A stretch of 57,406 bases of DNA from an uncultured Acidobacterium sp. (GTDB lineage: Bacteria > Acidobacteriota > Vicinamibacteria > Vicinamibacterales > UBA2999), in assembly GCA_964355095.1 (NCBI GenBank), contig CAYHCX010000009.1:1-57406 (forward strand). The letters run 5' to 3'. The position numbers were made by a program, and so were the translations under genes. Position 1 is the first letter of the stretch. Each line of letters opens with the position of its first letter. The notes under the pieces were generated by a model that saw only the letters and a program-made list of their open reading frames with translations, did not search any database and was not told the origin of the DNA. Positions 12,036 through 20,316 of the stretch are shown piece by piece.

Positions 12036-12935
12036 ATGCCTGCTCCCGCCAAACCCAATCTTCGCTCCTCGTTGGAGGCGCTCTACGCCGGCTACAACGT
12101 CGAGCGTGCCGTGGCCGATCCGGTTTGGATCATCCACCGATACCACCAACCCCACGACCGGGAAGTAGTGGGCTTCATCGCCGCGGCGCTGGCATTCGGC
12201 CGCGTCCAGAGCGTGCTCAACTCCATTGAGGGCATGCTGCAGGTGATGGGGCCGTCGCCGGCGGCGTTCGTGCGCGCGTTCGATCCCGCTCGCGATCGAA
12301 AGCAGTTCGACCACCTGGTGCACCGATGGACGAAGGGCGCCGACATGGCGGCGCTGGTCTGGGTGATGCACCAGATGATGCGCGAGGCCGGGTCGCTTGA
12401 GGGGTTCTTCGCTGCCGGCCTGGCAGCCGGCGCGGTCGACGTCGGCAACGCGCTGCAGTCGTTCTCGACGCGTGCCCTGGCGCTGAATCAGAAGGCAGTC
12501 TACGGTCGCTCGAAGCCCCAGCCCGGGGTCGCCTATTTCTTCTCCCGTCCCTCGTCCGGCGGCGCCTGCAAGCGGCTGAACCTCTTCCTGCGCTGGATGG
12601 TGCGGAAGGATCAGGTGGACCTCGGTGTGTGGTCGCGCGTGCGGCCCGGCCAGCTGATTGTCCCGCTCGACACGCACGTCATCCGCGTCGGGCAGTGCCT
12701 GCAGCTGACGCGGCTCAAGAGTCCTGGCTGGCGGATGGCCGCCGACATCACCAAGTCGCTGCGCGGGCTCGACCCGATCGATCCGGTGAAGTTCGACTTC
12801 TCGATCTGCCACCTGGGCATGATGAATGCCTGCGGCTTCGGGAAGAAACAGGGGGACTCGCACTGTCCTCTGCGGGGATGTTGCCGGCCCCACGGGGAAC
12901 GACGACGGCCCGCGACACGTCGAACACAGGGATGA
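12036..12935 (+). CDS. TIGR02757/DUF2400-family protein (EndoIII-like fold, C-terminal Cys cluster)
   Basis: N-terminus LEALYAGYNVERAVADPVWIIHRY.., an LDTHV segment, and C-terminal CHLGMMNACGFGKKQGDSHCPLRGCC. The family call is from memory. Confidence 0.5.
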   Translation: MPAPAKPNLRSSLEALYAGYNVERAVADPVWIIHRYHQPHDREVVGFIAAALAFGRVQSVLNSIEGMLQVMGPSPAAFVRAFDPARDRKQFDHLVHRWTKGADMAALVWVMHQMMREAGSLEGFFAAGLAAGAVDVGNALQSFSTRALALNQKAVYGRSKPQPGVAYFFSRPSSGGACKRLNLFLRWMVRKDQVDLGVWSRVRPGQLIVPLDTHVIRVGQCLQLTRLKSPGWRMAADITKSLRGLDPIDPVKFDFSICHLGMMNACGFGKKQGDSHCPLRGCCRPHGERRRPATRRTQG

Positions 12936-12980
12936 CCGCACAGCGCCCGCTGCCGTTCGACGGACTGGTCTCAAAGACTG

Positions 12981-13090
12981 GCCGCGGATTACGCTGATTG
13001 CGCCGATTCAGAACGGCAACAGCAATCCGCGGACTCGCGGGCCAGCTGCAGCGGACCGTTCGCTTCTGCGTAATCGGCGTAATCTGCGGC
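12981..13090. mobile_element. MITE-like inverted-repeat element, copy 1 (short, degenerate left arm)
   Basis: Left arm GCCGCGGATTACGCTGATTGCGCCGATTCAGAA. Right arm TTCTGCGTAATCGGCGTAATCTGCGGC. The core CCAGCTGCAGCGGACCG is shared with copy 2. Confidence 0.65.
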
Positions 13091-13169
13091 TGACTTCAAC
13101 AGCAGGCGCTTCATTACGCCATCTATATAGATCGTAACTACCACGACAATTAGGTTGTTGACAATGCGC

Positions 13170-13186
13170 ATGTGCAATGTGCACAT
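13170..13186. promoter_or_regulatory. perfect palindrome ATGTGCA-ATG-TGCACAT (candidate VapB operator) downstream of TTGACA (13158-13163)
   Basis: Read directly. It lies 9 nt upstream of the vapB ATG, in an AT-richer stretch. Confidence 0.35.
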
Positions 13187-13194
13187 TTGTGTCT

Positions 13195-13443
13195 ATGGGC
13201 GTCAAGACCATCTCACTGAAGGACGAAGCCTACGCCCGCTTGAAGGCGGCCCGGCGCTATGCCGACGAGTCGTTCAGCGAGGTTGTGTTACGGGCCACGT
13301 GGCCCGAGGACACCATCACCGCCGGGGCGTTGCTCGACTTATTGGGTAAGCGTCGCGCGCACTTGCGGCCGGATGAGTTGGACCGCGTCGACGAGCTCAA
13401 GCAGCGCGATCAGCCGCCCGAGGACAAGTGGGCCGAGCGCTGA
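13195..13443 (+). CDS. vapB: VapB-type antitoxin (PF02697-like)
   Basis: MGVKTISLKDEAYARLKAARRYADESFSEVVLR is typical of this antitoxin family. 16-nt overlap with the PIN toxin gene. Confidence 0.7.
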   Translation: MGVKTISLKDEAYARLKAARRYADESFSEVVLRATWPEDTITAGALLDLLGKRRAHLRPDELDRVDELKQRDQPPEDKWAER

Positions 13444-13826
13444 TTCTCGAGAGCACGTTCTTGATCGACCTCGAACGTGCGCATAAACACGGTGTGCCCG
13501 GTGGGACGGTCGCATTTCTCGAACAGAACCAGGACGCGCGACTTTATCTTCCGTTCGTCGTCACGGGCGAGATCGCGTCCGGCATCTCCATGCGCGATCG
13601 GGCACGATGGGAAGCTTTCCTTGCCCCGTTCTATGTGCTGCCACCGACACCGGAGGTGAGCTGGCAGTTCGGCCGGGCCTTCAGACACTTGCGCGACAAC
13701 GGCAACCTGATTGGCGCGAACGACCTCTGGATCGCCGCGACCGGACTCGCGTACCACATGCCCGTCGTCACGCGAAACACCGAGCACTTTCGCAGAGTGC
13801 CAGGGCTCGAAGTCGAGAGTTACTGA
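13428..13826 (+). CDS. vapC: PIN-domain ribonuclease toxin VapC
   Basis: GTG start. Acidic residues in the expected PIN pattern: STFLIDLE.., ..VVTGEIASG.., GANDLWIAATG.., PVVTRNTEHF. Confidence 0.8.
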   Translation: MGRALILESTFLIDLERAHKHGVPGGTVAFLEQNQDARLYLPFVVTGEIASGISMRDRARWEAFLAPFYVLPPTPEVSWQFGRAFRHLRDNGNLIGANDLWIAATGLAYHMPVVTRNTEHFRRVPGLEVESY

Positions 13827-13858
13827 CTCGGTTCGACCCGATCAGCTCCTGAAATCCG

Positions 13859-14096
13859 GCCGCAGATTCCGCAGATTTCGCCGATTCAGAAACGGTAGCC
13901 GCGGTCCGCAGGCGCGCGCCCCAGCTGCAACGGCCCGCGTCGGCCTCCGGCCGGCCGGAGGTCCGGCGAGGCCCGGAGGTGAGTCCGTGAGTGACTTGTG
14001 ATGACTCACCTCCGGGTCTCGCCGGACCTCCGTGTGGCGCCGGCGAAGCCGGCGCAGCGGGCCGTTTGCATCTGCGGAATCGGCGTAATCTGCGGC
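13859..14096. mobile_element. MITE-like element, copy 2 (same orientation as copy 1; carries a nested 29-bp-arm palindrome at 13957-14031)
   Basis: Left arm GCCGCAGATTCCGCAGATTTCGCCGATTCAGAA. Right arm ATCTGCGGAATCGGCGTAATCTGCGGC. Nested arms are GGAGGTCCGGCGAGGCCCGGAGGTGAGTC and GACTCACCTCCGGGTCTCGCCGGACCTCC, with 1 mismatch. Confidence 0.7.
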
Positions 14097-14103
14097 TGAC
14101 TTT

Positions 14104-14133
14104 CTGACAGGCGCTCTCGGCCCGTGGAATAAT
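14104..14133 (+). promoter_or_regulatory. candidate sigma-70-type promoter for the qhp operon
   Basis: CTGACA, an 18-nt spacer counted to AATAAT, then an extended -10 (TGGAATAAT), about 25 nt upstream of GTG 14159. Pattern match only. Confidence 0.25.
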
Positions 14134-14158
14134 TCCCGCCATCCTGCAAACACTCGAT

Positions 14159-15538
14159 GTGCTCGTGCTCGGCGGCGGACCGGCGGGTTCGAGCGCCGCG
14201 CGGTTGCTCTCCACATGGGGGCACTCGGTCCGCCTGATCACGCGGCCGGCCGGGGAATCGCGCCTCGCGGTCTCCATCCCCCCAAGCTGCCACAAGCTCT
14301 TCGATGCCATCGGCGTCGGCGATGCCATCGATCGCGCGGGGTTCGTGCGTTCGACCGGCAACACCGTGTGGTGGGGCCGCTCGGAGCCGCGAGTCGAGGC
14401 GTTCGCAGACGGCGCACGCGGCTGGCAGGCGAGCATGCACGTCCTCGAGCGCGTGCTGCTCGAACAGGCCGCGTCGGCCGGCGTCGCGATCGAACACCGT
14501 GCGATCGGCGCTGGCGACCTGGAGCCGCAGCTCGCCCGCTTCGTGATCGACGGCACCGGTCGATCGGGTGTCCTCGCGCGCGCGAACGGCGTGCGCGTCT
14601 ATGACGATGGCCCGCGTACGGTCGCGCTTGCCGCCTCGTGGAGGCGCGACGGCGACTGGCCGGTTCCCGATGACACGCACACGCTGATTGAATCCTATGA
14701 GTCCGGCTGGGCGTGGTCGGTGCCTACTTCTCCCGGTACACGTCACATTGCCGTGATGGTGGACCCGCGGCGGTCCGGCCTCGTCCGCGATGCGCCGGCC
14801 CGAGAGGTGTATCTGGCCGAGATCGCCAAGACATCGGCGTTCAGGGATCTGGCCAGCGCGGCATCGTGCATCGACGGCCCGCGGGGCTGGGACGCGTCGG
14901 GCTATCGTGCCGTTCAGTACGCCGGCGACCATTGGCTCCTCGCCGGCGACGCCGGCTCGTTCGTCGATCCCCTGTCATCCGCCGGCGTCAAGAAGGCGCT
15001 GGCGTCCGGCTGGCTGGCGGCGGTCGCCGTTCACACCAGCCTGACGCGGCCGGCGATGCGCGCGCACGCGCTCGGCTTCTTCTCCGGTCGGGAACAGGAA
15101 ATCGAAGGGCGCTATTCGAGGATGAGCAGGCTGTTCCTGGCGGAGGCGGCGCCGACGCATCCGCATGCGTTCTGGCGCGATCGGTCGGATTCGCCGGAGG
15201 CTGCCACGCACGTCGACACCGCTGACGTGCGCGAGGCGTTCGAACGGCTCAGGTCGGCCACCAGCCTCCACTTGAGCCCGGGCGAGGCGCGAGTCGAGCC
15301 GCACCCGGCCGTTTGCGGCCATGAAATCGTCCTCGAGCCCGCCATTGTCTGCGACGATGGCCCGATTCGGTTCGTCCGCGGCGTGGATGTCGTGGCGTTG
15401 CTTGACCTGGGGCCACGGTTCGCCCAAGTCCCGGACCTGTTCGACGAGTACTGCCGGACGATCGGTCCGGTGGCGCTGCACGATTTCATGTTCGCGCTGG
15501 CCACGGCGGTTGCGCGACGCTGGTTTGTGTCACAATAG
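14159..15538 (+). CDS. qhpG: FAD-dependent monooxygenase (QhpG-like)
   Basis: GxGxxG motif VLVLGGGPAGSSAA, then GDAGSFVDPLSSAGVKKAL. First gene of the QHNDH cluster. Confidence 0.7.
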   Translation: MLVLGGGPAGSSAARLLSTWGHSVRLITRPAGESRLAVSIPPSCHKLFDAIGVGDAIDRAGFVRSTGNTVWWGRSEPRVEAFADGARGWQASMHVLERVLLEQAASAGVAIEHRAIGAGDLEPQLARFVIDGTGRSGVLARANGVRVYDDGPRTVALAASWRRDGDWPVPDDTHTLIESYESGWAWSVPTSPGTRHIAVMVDPRRSGLVRDAPAREVYLAEIAKTSAFRDLASAASCIDGPRGWDASGYRAVQYAGDHWLLAGDAGSFVDPLSSAGVKKALASGWLAAVAVHTSLTRPAMRAHALGFFSGREQEIEGRYSRMSRLFLAEAAPTHPHAFWRDRSDSPEAATHVDTADVREAFERLRSATSLHLSPGEARVEPHPAVCGHEIVLEPAIVCDDGPIRFVRGVDVVALLDLGPRFAQVPDLFDEYCRTIGPVALHDFMFALATAVARRWFVSQ

Positions 15539-15540
15539 GC

Positions 15541-15590
15541 GCCAAATTCACGGACTTGGTGATCGCGTGATTTGGTGATCTGGCGATTTG
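15541..15590. repeat. octamer-phased GTGATNTG repeats (GATTTGGTGA family)
   Basis: Reads ..cggacttg gtgatcgc gtgatttg gtgatctg gcgatttg.. between qhpG and qhpA. Confidence 0.6.
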
Positions 15591-15608
15591 CCCACAAAGA
15601 GGCCCGAC

Positions 15609-17336
15609 GTGACGAAGGCAATGCGAGCAATTGCAGTAATGGCAACGCTGCTGGTGACCGTGCTGGCTGGTGCGGTTTCGACCCAGCAACCGGCCGCACC
15701 CGCGGCCAAGCCCGACGACGGCATCCCCGTTACGGACGCCACCGTCCGAAAGGCGTGCGGCACCTGCCACAGGCCCGACGACAAGGGCCAGATGTCGCGC
15801 ATCTCGTTCCAGCGCCACACGCCGGAGGGCTGGCAGTCAACCATCCAGCGAATGGCCTCCCTTAACGGGCTGAACATCGACCCGCAGACCGCCCGCCAAG
15901 TGGTGAAGTACCTGTCCAATAACCTCGGCCTGTCGCCCGAGGAAGCGAAGCCGGCCGCGTTCGAAGCGGAGCGCCGGCTGGTCGACTACAAGTACACCGC
16001 GAGCGCCGACGCCGAGGCGACCTGTATCAGGTGCCACTCGATGGGCCGCGTCATTTCGCAGCGGCGCACGCGCGGCGAGTGGGACCTGCTGATCGCGATG
16101 CACCGCGGCTGGTATCCCCTGGTGGACAACCAGGTGTTCCGCCGCAACGGTCCGCCGCCGCGCGATCCGTCGTCCGACGGTCGGTCGCCCGACTTGCGTC
16201 AGCCGGTCGAGAAGGCGATCGATCATCTCGCTCCCGCCTTCCCGCTGAAGACGCCCGAGTGGACCGCCTGGTCGGCCACCATGCGGCCGGCCAGGCTCGA
16301 CGGCACGTGGGCGTTGAGCGGATGGGACGCCGGCAAGGGCGCCATCTACGGGCGCGTGACGATTGCCGCGGATCCCGCGGCGCCGGACGAATTCACGACG
16401 TCGATCACTTACCGCGTGGCGCGAACGGGCGAAACCGTGACGCGCTCGGGCCGGACGGTTGTCTACACCGGCTTCCAGTGGCGCGGCCGCTCGACCACCG
16501 CGGCAGGCGCCGACTCGGCGATGCGCGAGGTGATGTTCGTCGATCGCGACTGGCGGCAGATTGAGGGCCGCTGGTTCACCGGCGCCTACGACGAGGTGGG
16601 CCTGGACGTTCGGCTCGATCGCGTCGGCGCCGAGACGCGCGTGCTCGGGACCGATCGCACCGCGTTCAAGCTGGGTGCCGCCGGCCAGGAGTTGAAGATC
16701 TACGGCGCCAACCTGCCCTCGTCGTTGCGCCCTCAAGACATCGATCTGGGCCCCGGCCTCACCGTCAGCCGCATTGTCAGCGTCACCCCTGACGTGGCGA
16801 CCGCTGCCATTGACGTCGCCGCCAACGCAGCGCTCGGCGCGCGGGACCTGTTCGTGGCCGGCGCGTCGAAATCGAAGGCCCTCGTCGTGTTCGATCGCGT
16901 GGACGCCATCAAGGTCAAGCCCGACTGGACCATGGCGCGCGTGGGCGGCATCGCCTTCCCGAAAATGCTCGCGCAGTTCGAGGCGTGGGCCTTTCATAAC
17001 GGCGCCGACGGCCGTCCCGACACGGCGGATGACCTGAATCTCGGCTTGGTGGATGCGGCCTGGAGCATGGAAGAGTACGCGGCCACCTACGACGATGACG
17101 ACGTGAAGCACGTCGGGACGCTGGATGCGGCGACCGGCCGCTTCACGCCCAACGTGGACGGTCCCAACCCGGTGCGGAAGGGCAGCCGCAACAACGTTGG
17201 CGACGTGTGGGTGGTGGCCAAGTACTCGGCCGAGGCGAGCGGCGGCAGGCCGGCGGCCACGATCCGTGCCCGCGCCCACCTGCTCGTGACCGTGCCCCTG
17301 TATATGCGCTTCGACCGATCGGCCGAGGGCCAATGA
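15609..17336 (+). CDS. qhpA: quinohemoprotein amine dehydrogenase alpha subunit (di-haem cytochrome c)
   Basis: Two CxxCH motifs (CGTCH, CIRCH) and a signal peptide. GTG 15609 is 6 nt after AGAGG. Alternative starts are TTG 15588 and ATG 15621. Confidence 0.8.
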   Translation: MTKAMRAIAVMATLLVTVLAGAVSTQQPAAPAAKPDDGIPVTDATVRKACGTCHRPDDKGQMSRISFQRHTPEGWQSTIQRMASLNGLNIDPQTARQVVKYLSNNLGLSPEEAKPAAFEAERRLVDYKYTASADAEATCIRCHSMGRVISQRRTRGEWDLLIAMHRGWYPLVDNQVFRRNGPPPRDPSSDGRSPDLRQPVEKAIDHLAPAFPLKTPEWTAWSATMRPARLDGTWALSGWDAGKGAIYGRVTIAADPAAPDEFTTSITYRVARTGETVTRSGRTVVYTGFQWRGRSTTAAGADSAMREVMFVDRDWRQIEGRWFTGAYDEVGLDVRLDRVGAETRVLGTDRTAFKLGAAGQELKIYGANLPSSLRPQDIDLGPGLTVSRIVSVTPDVATAAIDVAANAALGARDLFVAGASKSKALVVFDRVDAIKVKPDWTMARVGGIAFPKMLAQFEAWAFHNGADGRPDTADDLNLGLVDAAWSMEEYAATYDDDDVKHVGTLDAATGRFTPNVDGPNPVRKGSRNNVGDVWVVAKYSAEASGGRPAATIRARAHLLVTVPLYMRFDRSAEGQ

Positions 17337-18790
17337 TTCTTGGCCTCCGGGAGTTCCACTCGTTCGAAGCGGCGGGTTGCCAGTATCTTTACCTGGTCCC
17401 AAGCGCCGCGGTGTTTGGGTTGGACGACTGTTCCGAGGCCGTGGTGCAGGCCCTTCGCGCCGGTCCGCAGCCGCTGACCGACCTCGCGCGTGGCTTGTCT
17501 GACCGCTTCGACGCCGCCGAGGTGACCGACACCATCGCCGAACTCCAGCGGGTCCGCGCGCTGGGGGAGATGCGCGATAAGCCGTCGGTGCCGGCCGCGC
17601 CGCTGCCGAAGATCGTGCCGCTGCGCCCGGTCCCACTGCAAACGCTGGTGGTCAACGTGACCAACCAGTGCAACCTGGCCTGCACCTACTGCTACGAGTA
17701 CGGCGAAGACAAGATCGTCGATACCGAGAACGGCCAGCAGCCGAAGTTCATGAGTGAAGAAACGGCGCGCGACAGCGTCGAGTTTGCGCTGCGCGAATCC
17801 CGGGAGAACAAGCACGCGCACATCACCTTCTTCGGCGGCGAAACGCTGATGAACTTCCCGGTGCTCAAGGCGACGATCGGTTATGCGCGCCGTCGTGCGG
17901 CCGAGGTCGGCAAGGATATCGACTTCAGCCTGACCACCAACGCGACGCTGCTGCAACCCGACGTGATCGAGTTCCTGGCCAACGAGCGGGTCGGCGTCAC
18001 CATCTCGATCGACGGCCCCGAGGAGATGCAGGACAAGTTCCGCGTCTTCAACAACGGGCAGGGCAGCTATGCAATGGCGGCGCCGAAGATCAAGGCGCTG
18101 CTGCAGCGGCATCGCACGCGGCCCGTGGGCGCGCGCGTCACGCTCACCCGCCAGACGCTCGATGTGCGGCGCATCTATCAGCACCTCACCGACGACCTCG
18201 GCTTCTGGGAGGTCGGCTTCGCCCCGGTCACGACCGCGCCCGGCCGCGACTACGCGATTTCCGATGGCGGCTTCGATCACCTGCTCGAGCAATTCCGCGC
18301 GCTCGCGGCCGACTACCTCGAGGCTTCGCTCCAGAACCGGCACCACGGCTTCTCCAACGTCCGCGAGACGCTGCAGGAGATTCACCACGGCCACGCCAAG
18401 GCGTATCCGTGCGGTGCGGGTATCGGCTTGATGGGGGTGTCCACCGACGGCCGCGTCGCCCTGTGCCACCGCTTCGCCGGCTCCGACGATCACGGCCTCG
18501 GCACCGTGAAGGACGGCGTGTCGTGGGAGCGCCAGCAGGCGTTTCTCGATACCCATCACATCGCCAACAAGACCGACTGCTCGACCTGCTGGGCGCGACC
18601 GATCTGCGCCGGCGGCTGCTATCACGAAGCCAATACGCGTTACGGATCGACCGAAAGTCCCAACCTGCACTACTGCGAGTGGATTCGAGGCTGGACGCAC
18701 ACCTGCCTCGAGATTTACGGCGAACTGGCCCGGAAGAACGCCGCATTCCTCACGCAGTTCGACGACGAACCGACGGAGAGGGTCTCATGA
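17333..18790 (+). CDS. qhpD: radical SAM/SPASM maturase for the QHNDH gamma subunit
   Basis: CNLACTYC (CxxxCxxC) and a C-terminal SPASM Cys cluster CSTCWARPICAGGCYHE. ATGA overlaps with both neighbouring genes. Confidence 0.9.
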   Translation: MILGLREFHSFEAAGCQYLYLVPSAAVFGLDDCSEAVVQALRAGPQPLTDLARGLSDRFDAAEVTDTIAELQRVRALGEMRDKPSVPAAPLPKIVPLRPVPLQTLVVNVTNQCNLACTYCYEYGEDKIVDTENGQQPKFMSEETARDSVEFALRESRENKHAHITFFGGETLMNFPVLKATIGYARRRAAEVGKDIDFSLTTNATLLQPDVIEFLANERVGVTISIDGPEEMQDKFRVFNNGQGSYAMAAPKIKALLQRHRTRPVGARVTLTRQTLDVRRIYQHLTDDLGFWEVGFAPVTTAPGRDYAISDGGFDHLLEQFRALAADYLEASLQNRHHGFSNVRETLQEIHHGHAKAYPCGAGIGLMGVSTDGRVALCHRFAGSDDHGLGTVKDGVSWERQQAFLDTHHIANKTDCSTCWARPICAGGCYHEANTRYGSTESPNLHYCEWIRGWTHTCLEIYGELARKNAAFLTQFDDEPTERVS

Positions 18791-19128
18791 AGCATCTCAC
18801 TGCCATCAATCGCAAGGCCGCGCGGATGGAAGAGGTCACCAGGGACGTGGTGGCCTTGCAAGGCCCGCCCCAGCAACCGGCGCCGCCGCACATTCCGAAC
18901 GGCTGCTCGCTGGTGTTCTCGCCCGGATGGGAAGCGGACCGCAACGGCGGCACCGCCGGGCTGTGCCAGCCCGTGGAGCGCGACCTGTTCGACTGTCACA
19001 TGGGCTGCTACTGGCCGGCGCAGGTGCCGGACCAGTTGAACCATGCGCCGGACTGGACCGCCAAGTGCGCGGCCGCCCAGAAAGACTGGCGCAAGATCGA
19101 TCTCATCTTCCCGGACGAGAAGAAGTGA
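18787..19128 (+). CDS. qhpC: quinohemoprotein amine dehydrogenase gamma subunit precursor
   Basis: 113 aa. C40-E49, C60-D66, C70/W76 and C74-D82 reproduce the +9/+6/+6/+8 spacing and the relative positions of the known crosslinked residues. Confidence 0.85.
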   Translation: MKHLTAINRKAARMEEVTRDVVALQGPPQQPAPPHIPNGCSLVFSPGWEADRNGGTAGLCQPVERDLFDCHMGCYWPAQVPDQLNHAPDWTAKCAAAQKDWRKIDLIFPDEKK

Positions 19129-20240
19129 TGGCCATGCGATCCCGTTCCGCGCAGGTATTGATCGTGCTGGCGCTCGCGTGCGGGGCCGTCACGGCCCACG
19201 CGCAGCGTCCGGCGCGCGGCCCCTCCCCGGCCGGCGGCGATCACCTGCTCTACATCGGCACCTACGCCGGCGACATCCAGATCATCGATGAAGCGACGGA
19301 ACAGAAGGTCGGCGAGATCAAGCTGCAGACCGGCATTCCGCGCTCGCTGACCCTGTCCCAGTCGCGGACCAGGTTCTACGTGCTCGACTCGACGCTCGAG
19401 AAGATCGAAGTGGTCGACATCGCGACCCGGACCACGCTGTCCACTTTCACGCTGTCGGAAGGCAACAAGCGGGTGCGCATTCGCGGCCTGCAGGTGGATC
19501 CGCTCGAGCGGTTCCTGATCCTGCTCACGCGCCCGGCCACCAAGCAAATCGATCGCTGGGAGATTGGCGACATCTCACTGCAGCTCTACGACCTCGCGCA
19601 GAAGAAGATCACCCGGACCATTCCCTGGCCCAAGGGCGAGGAGCGTGAGGGCGTCACCATCCGCTTCTCTCCCGACGGCAAGCTGCTGTATTTCTTCGGC
19701 GACGATGTCCTGATCCTGGAGACGCAGAATTTCACCGAGGTCGATACCTGGGCGTTGAGCCAGCCGATTGAGTCGGGACTCGGCCGCATCAGCTTCGGGC
19801 AGGTCGATGATTTCAACGACGACCCCGGCTTCTTCACCGGCTTGTTCACGATCCAGGATCCGGTCCAGAACCGCCGCATCATGGGCATCGGCCGGGTCAA
19901 CCTCGTCGGCAAGAGCATCGACTTCACGCCAATCGGTCCGGCCGAAGGCGTCGGCTTCGCCATGACCGCCGACCGCAAGCGCGGTTACGGGCTGATGCAG
20001 CAGATCGGCCGCTACGAGTTCTGGGCCTTTGATGTCGCGCAGCGGAAGCTGATCAGCCGCACCGAGTTCGAGGGGCGTCCGCGCATGGCCCTCCGCGTGT
20101 CATCGAACGGCCGCCTCCTGTACGTGTTCCAGGCTGGCGCGACCATCGACGTTTACGATTCGACCTCATACAAACTGCTGCGCACCATCGAGATGACCGC
20201 CGACCAGACCACAAATTTGTTCATACTGCCCAGAAAGTAA
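19128..20240 (+). CDS. qhpB: quinohemoprotein amine dehydrogenase beta subunit (beta-propeller)
   Basis: Signal peptide MAMRSRSAQVLIVLALACGAVTAHA and repeated beta-propeller-like segments. TGATG overlap with qhpC. Confidence 0.75.
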   Translation: MAMRSRSAQVLIVLALACGAVTAHAQRPARGPSPAGGDHLLYIGTYAGDIQIIDEATEQKVGEIKLQTGIPRSLTLSQSRTRFYVLDSTLEKIEVVDIATRTTLSTFTLSEGNKRVRIRGLQVDPLERFLILLTRPATKQIDRWEIGDISLQLYDLAQKKITRTIPWPKGEEREGVTIRFSPDGKLLYFFGDDVLILETQNFTEVDTWALSQPIESGLGRISFGQVDDFNDDPGFFTGLFTIQDPVQNRRIMGIGRVNLVGKSIDFTPIGPAEGVGFAMTADRKRGYGLMQQIGRYEFWAFDVAQRKLISRTEFEGRPRMALRVSSNGRLLYVFQAGATIDVYDSTSYKLLRTIEMTADQTTNLFILPRK

Positions 20241-20316
20241 GAAGTTGGAAGTTGGAAGTGAGAAACAACTTCCAACTTCCAACTTCCAACTTCCAACTTC
20301 ACACTTCGAACTTCCC
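20241..20316. repeat. heptamer array / hairpin (GAAGTTG x2.. then CTTCCAA x4..)
   Basis: Ten in-phase heptamers plus 6 nt fill the whole qhpB-qhpF spacer, from the qhpB stop to the qhpF ATG. Confidence 0.85.

Noticed and set aside
12989-13186. Small minus-strand ORFs through MITE copies containing ADYADYA strings (12989-13186, 13842-14216, part of 38063-39100).
   Set aside because: They are translations of the GATTACGCCGATTACGC terminal repeats and nested palindromes. They have no start context or coding bias.
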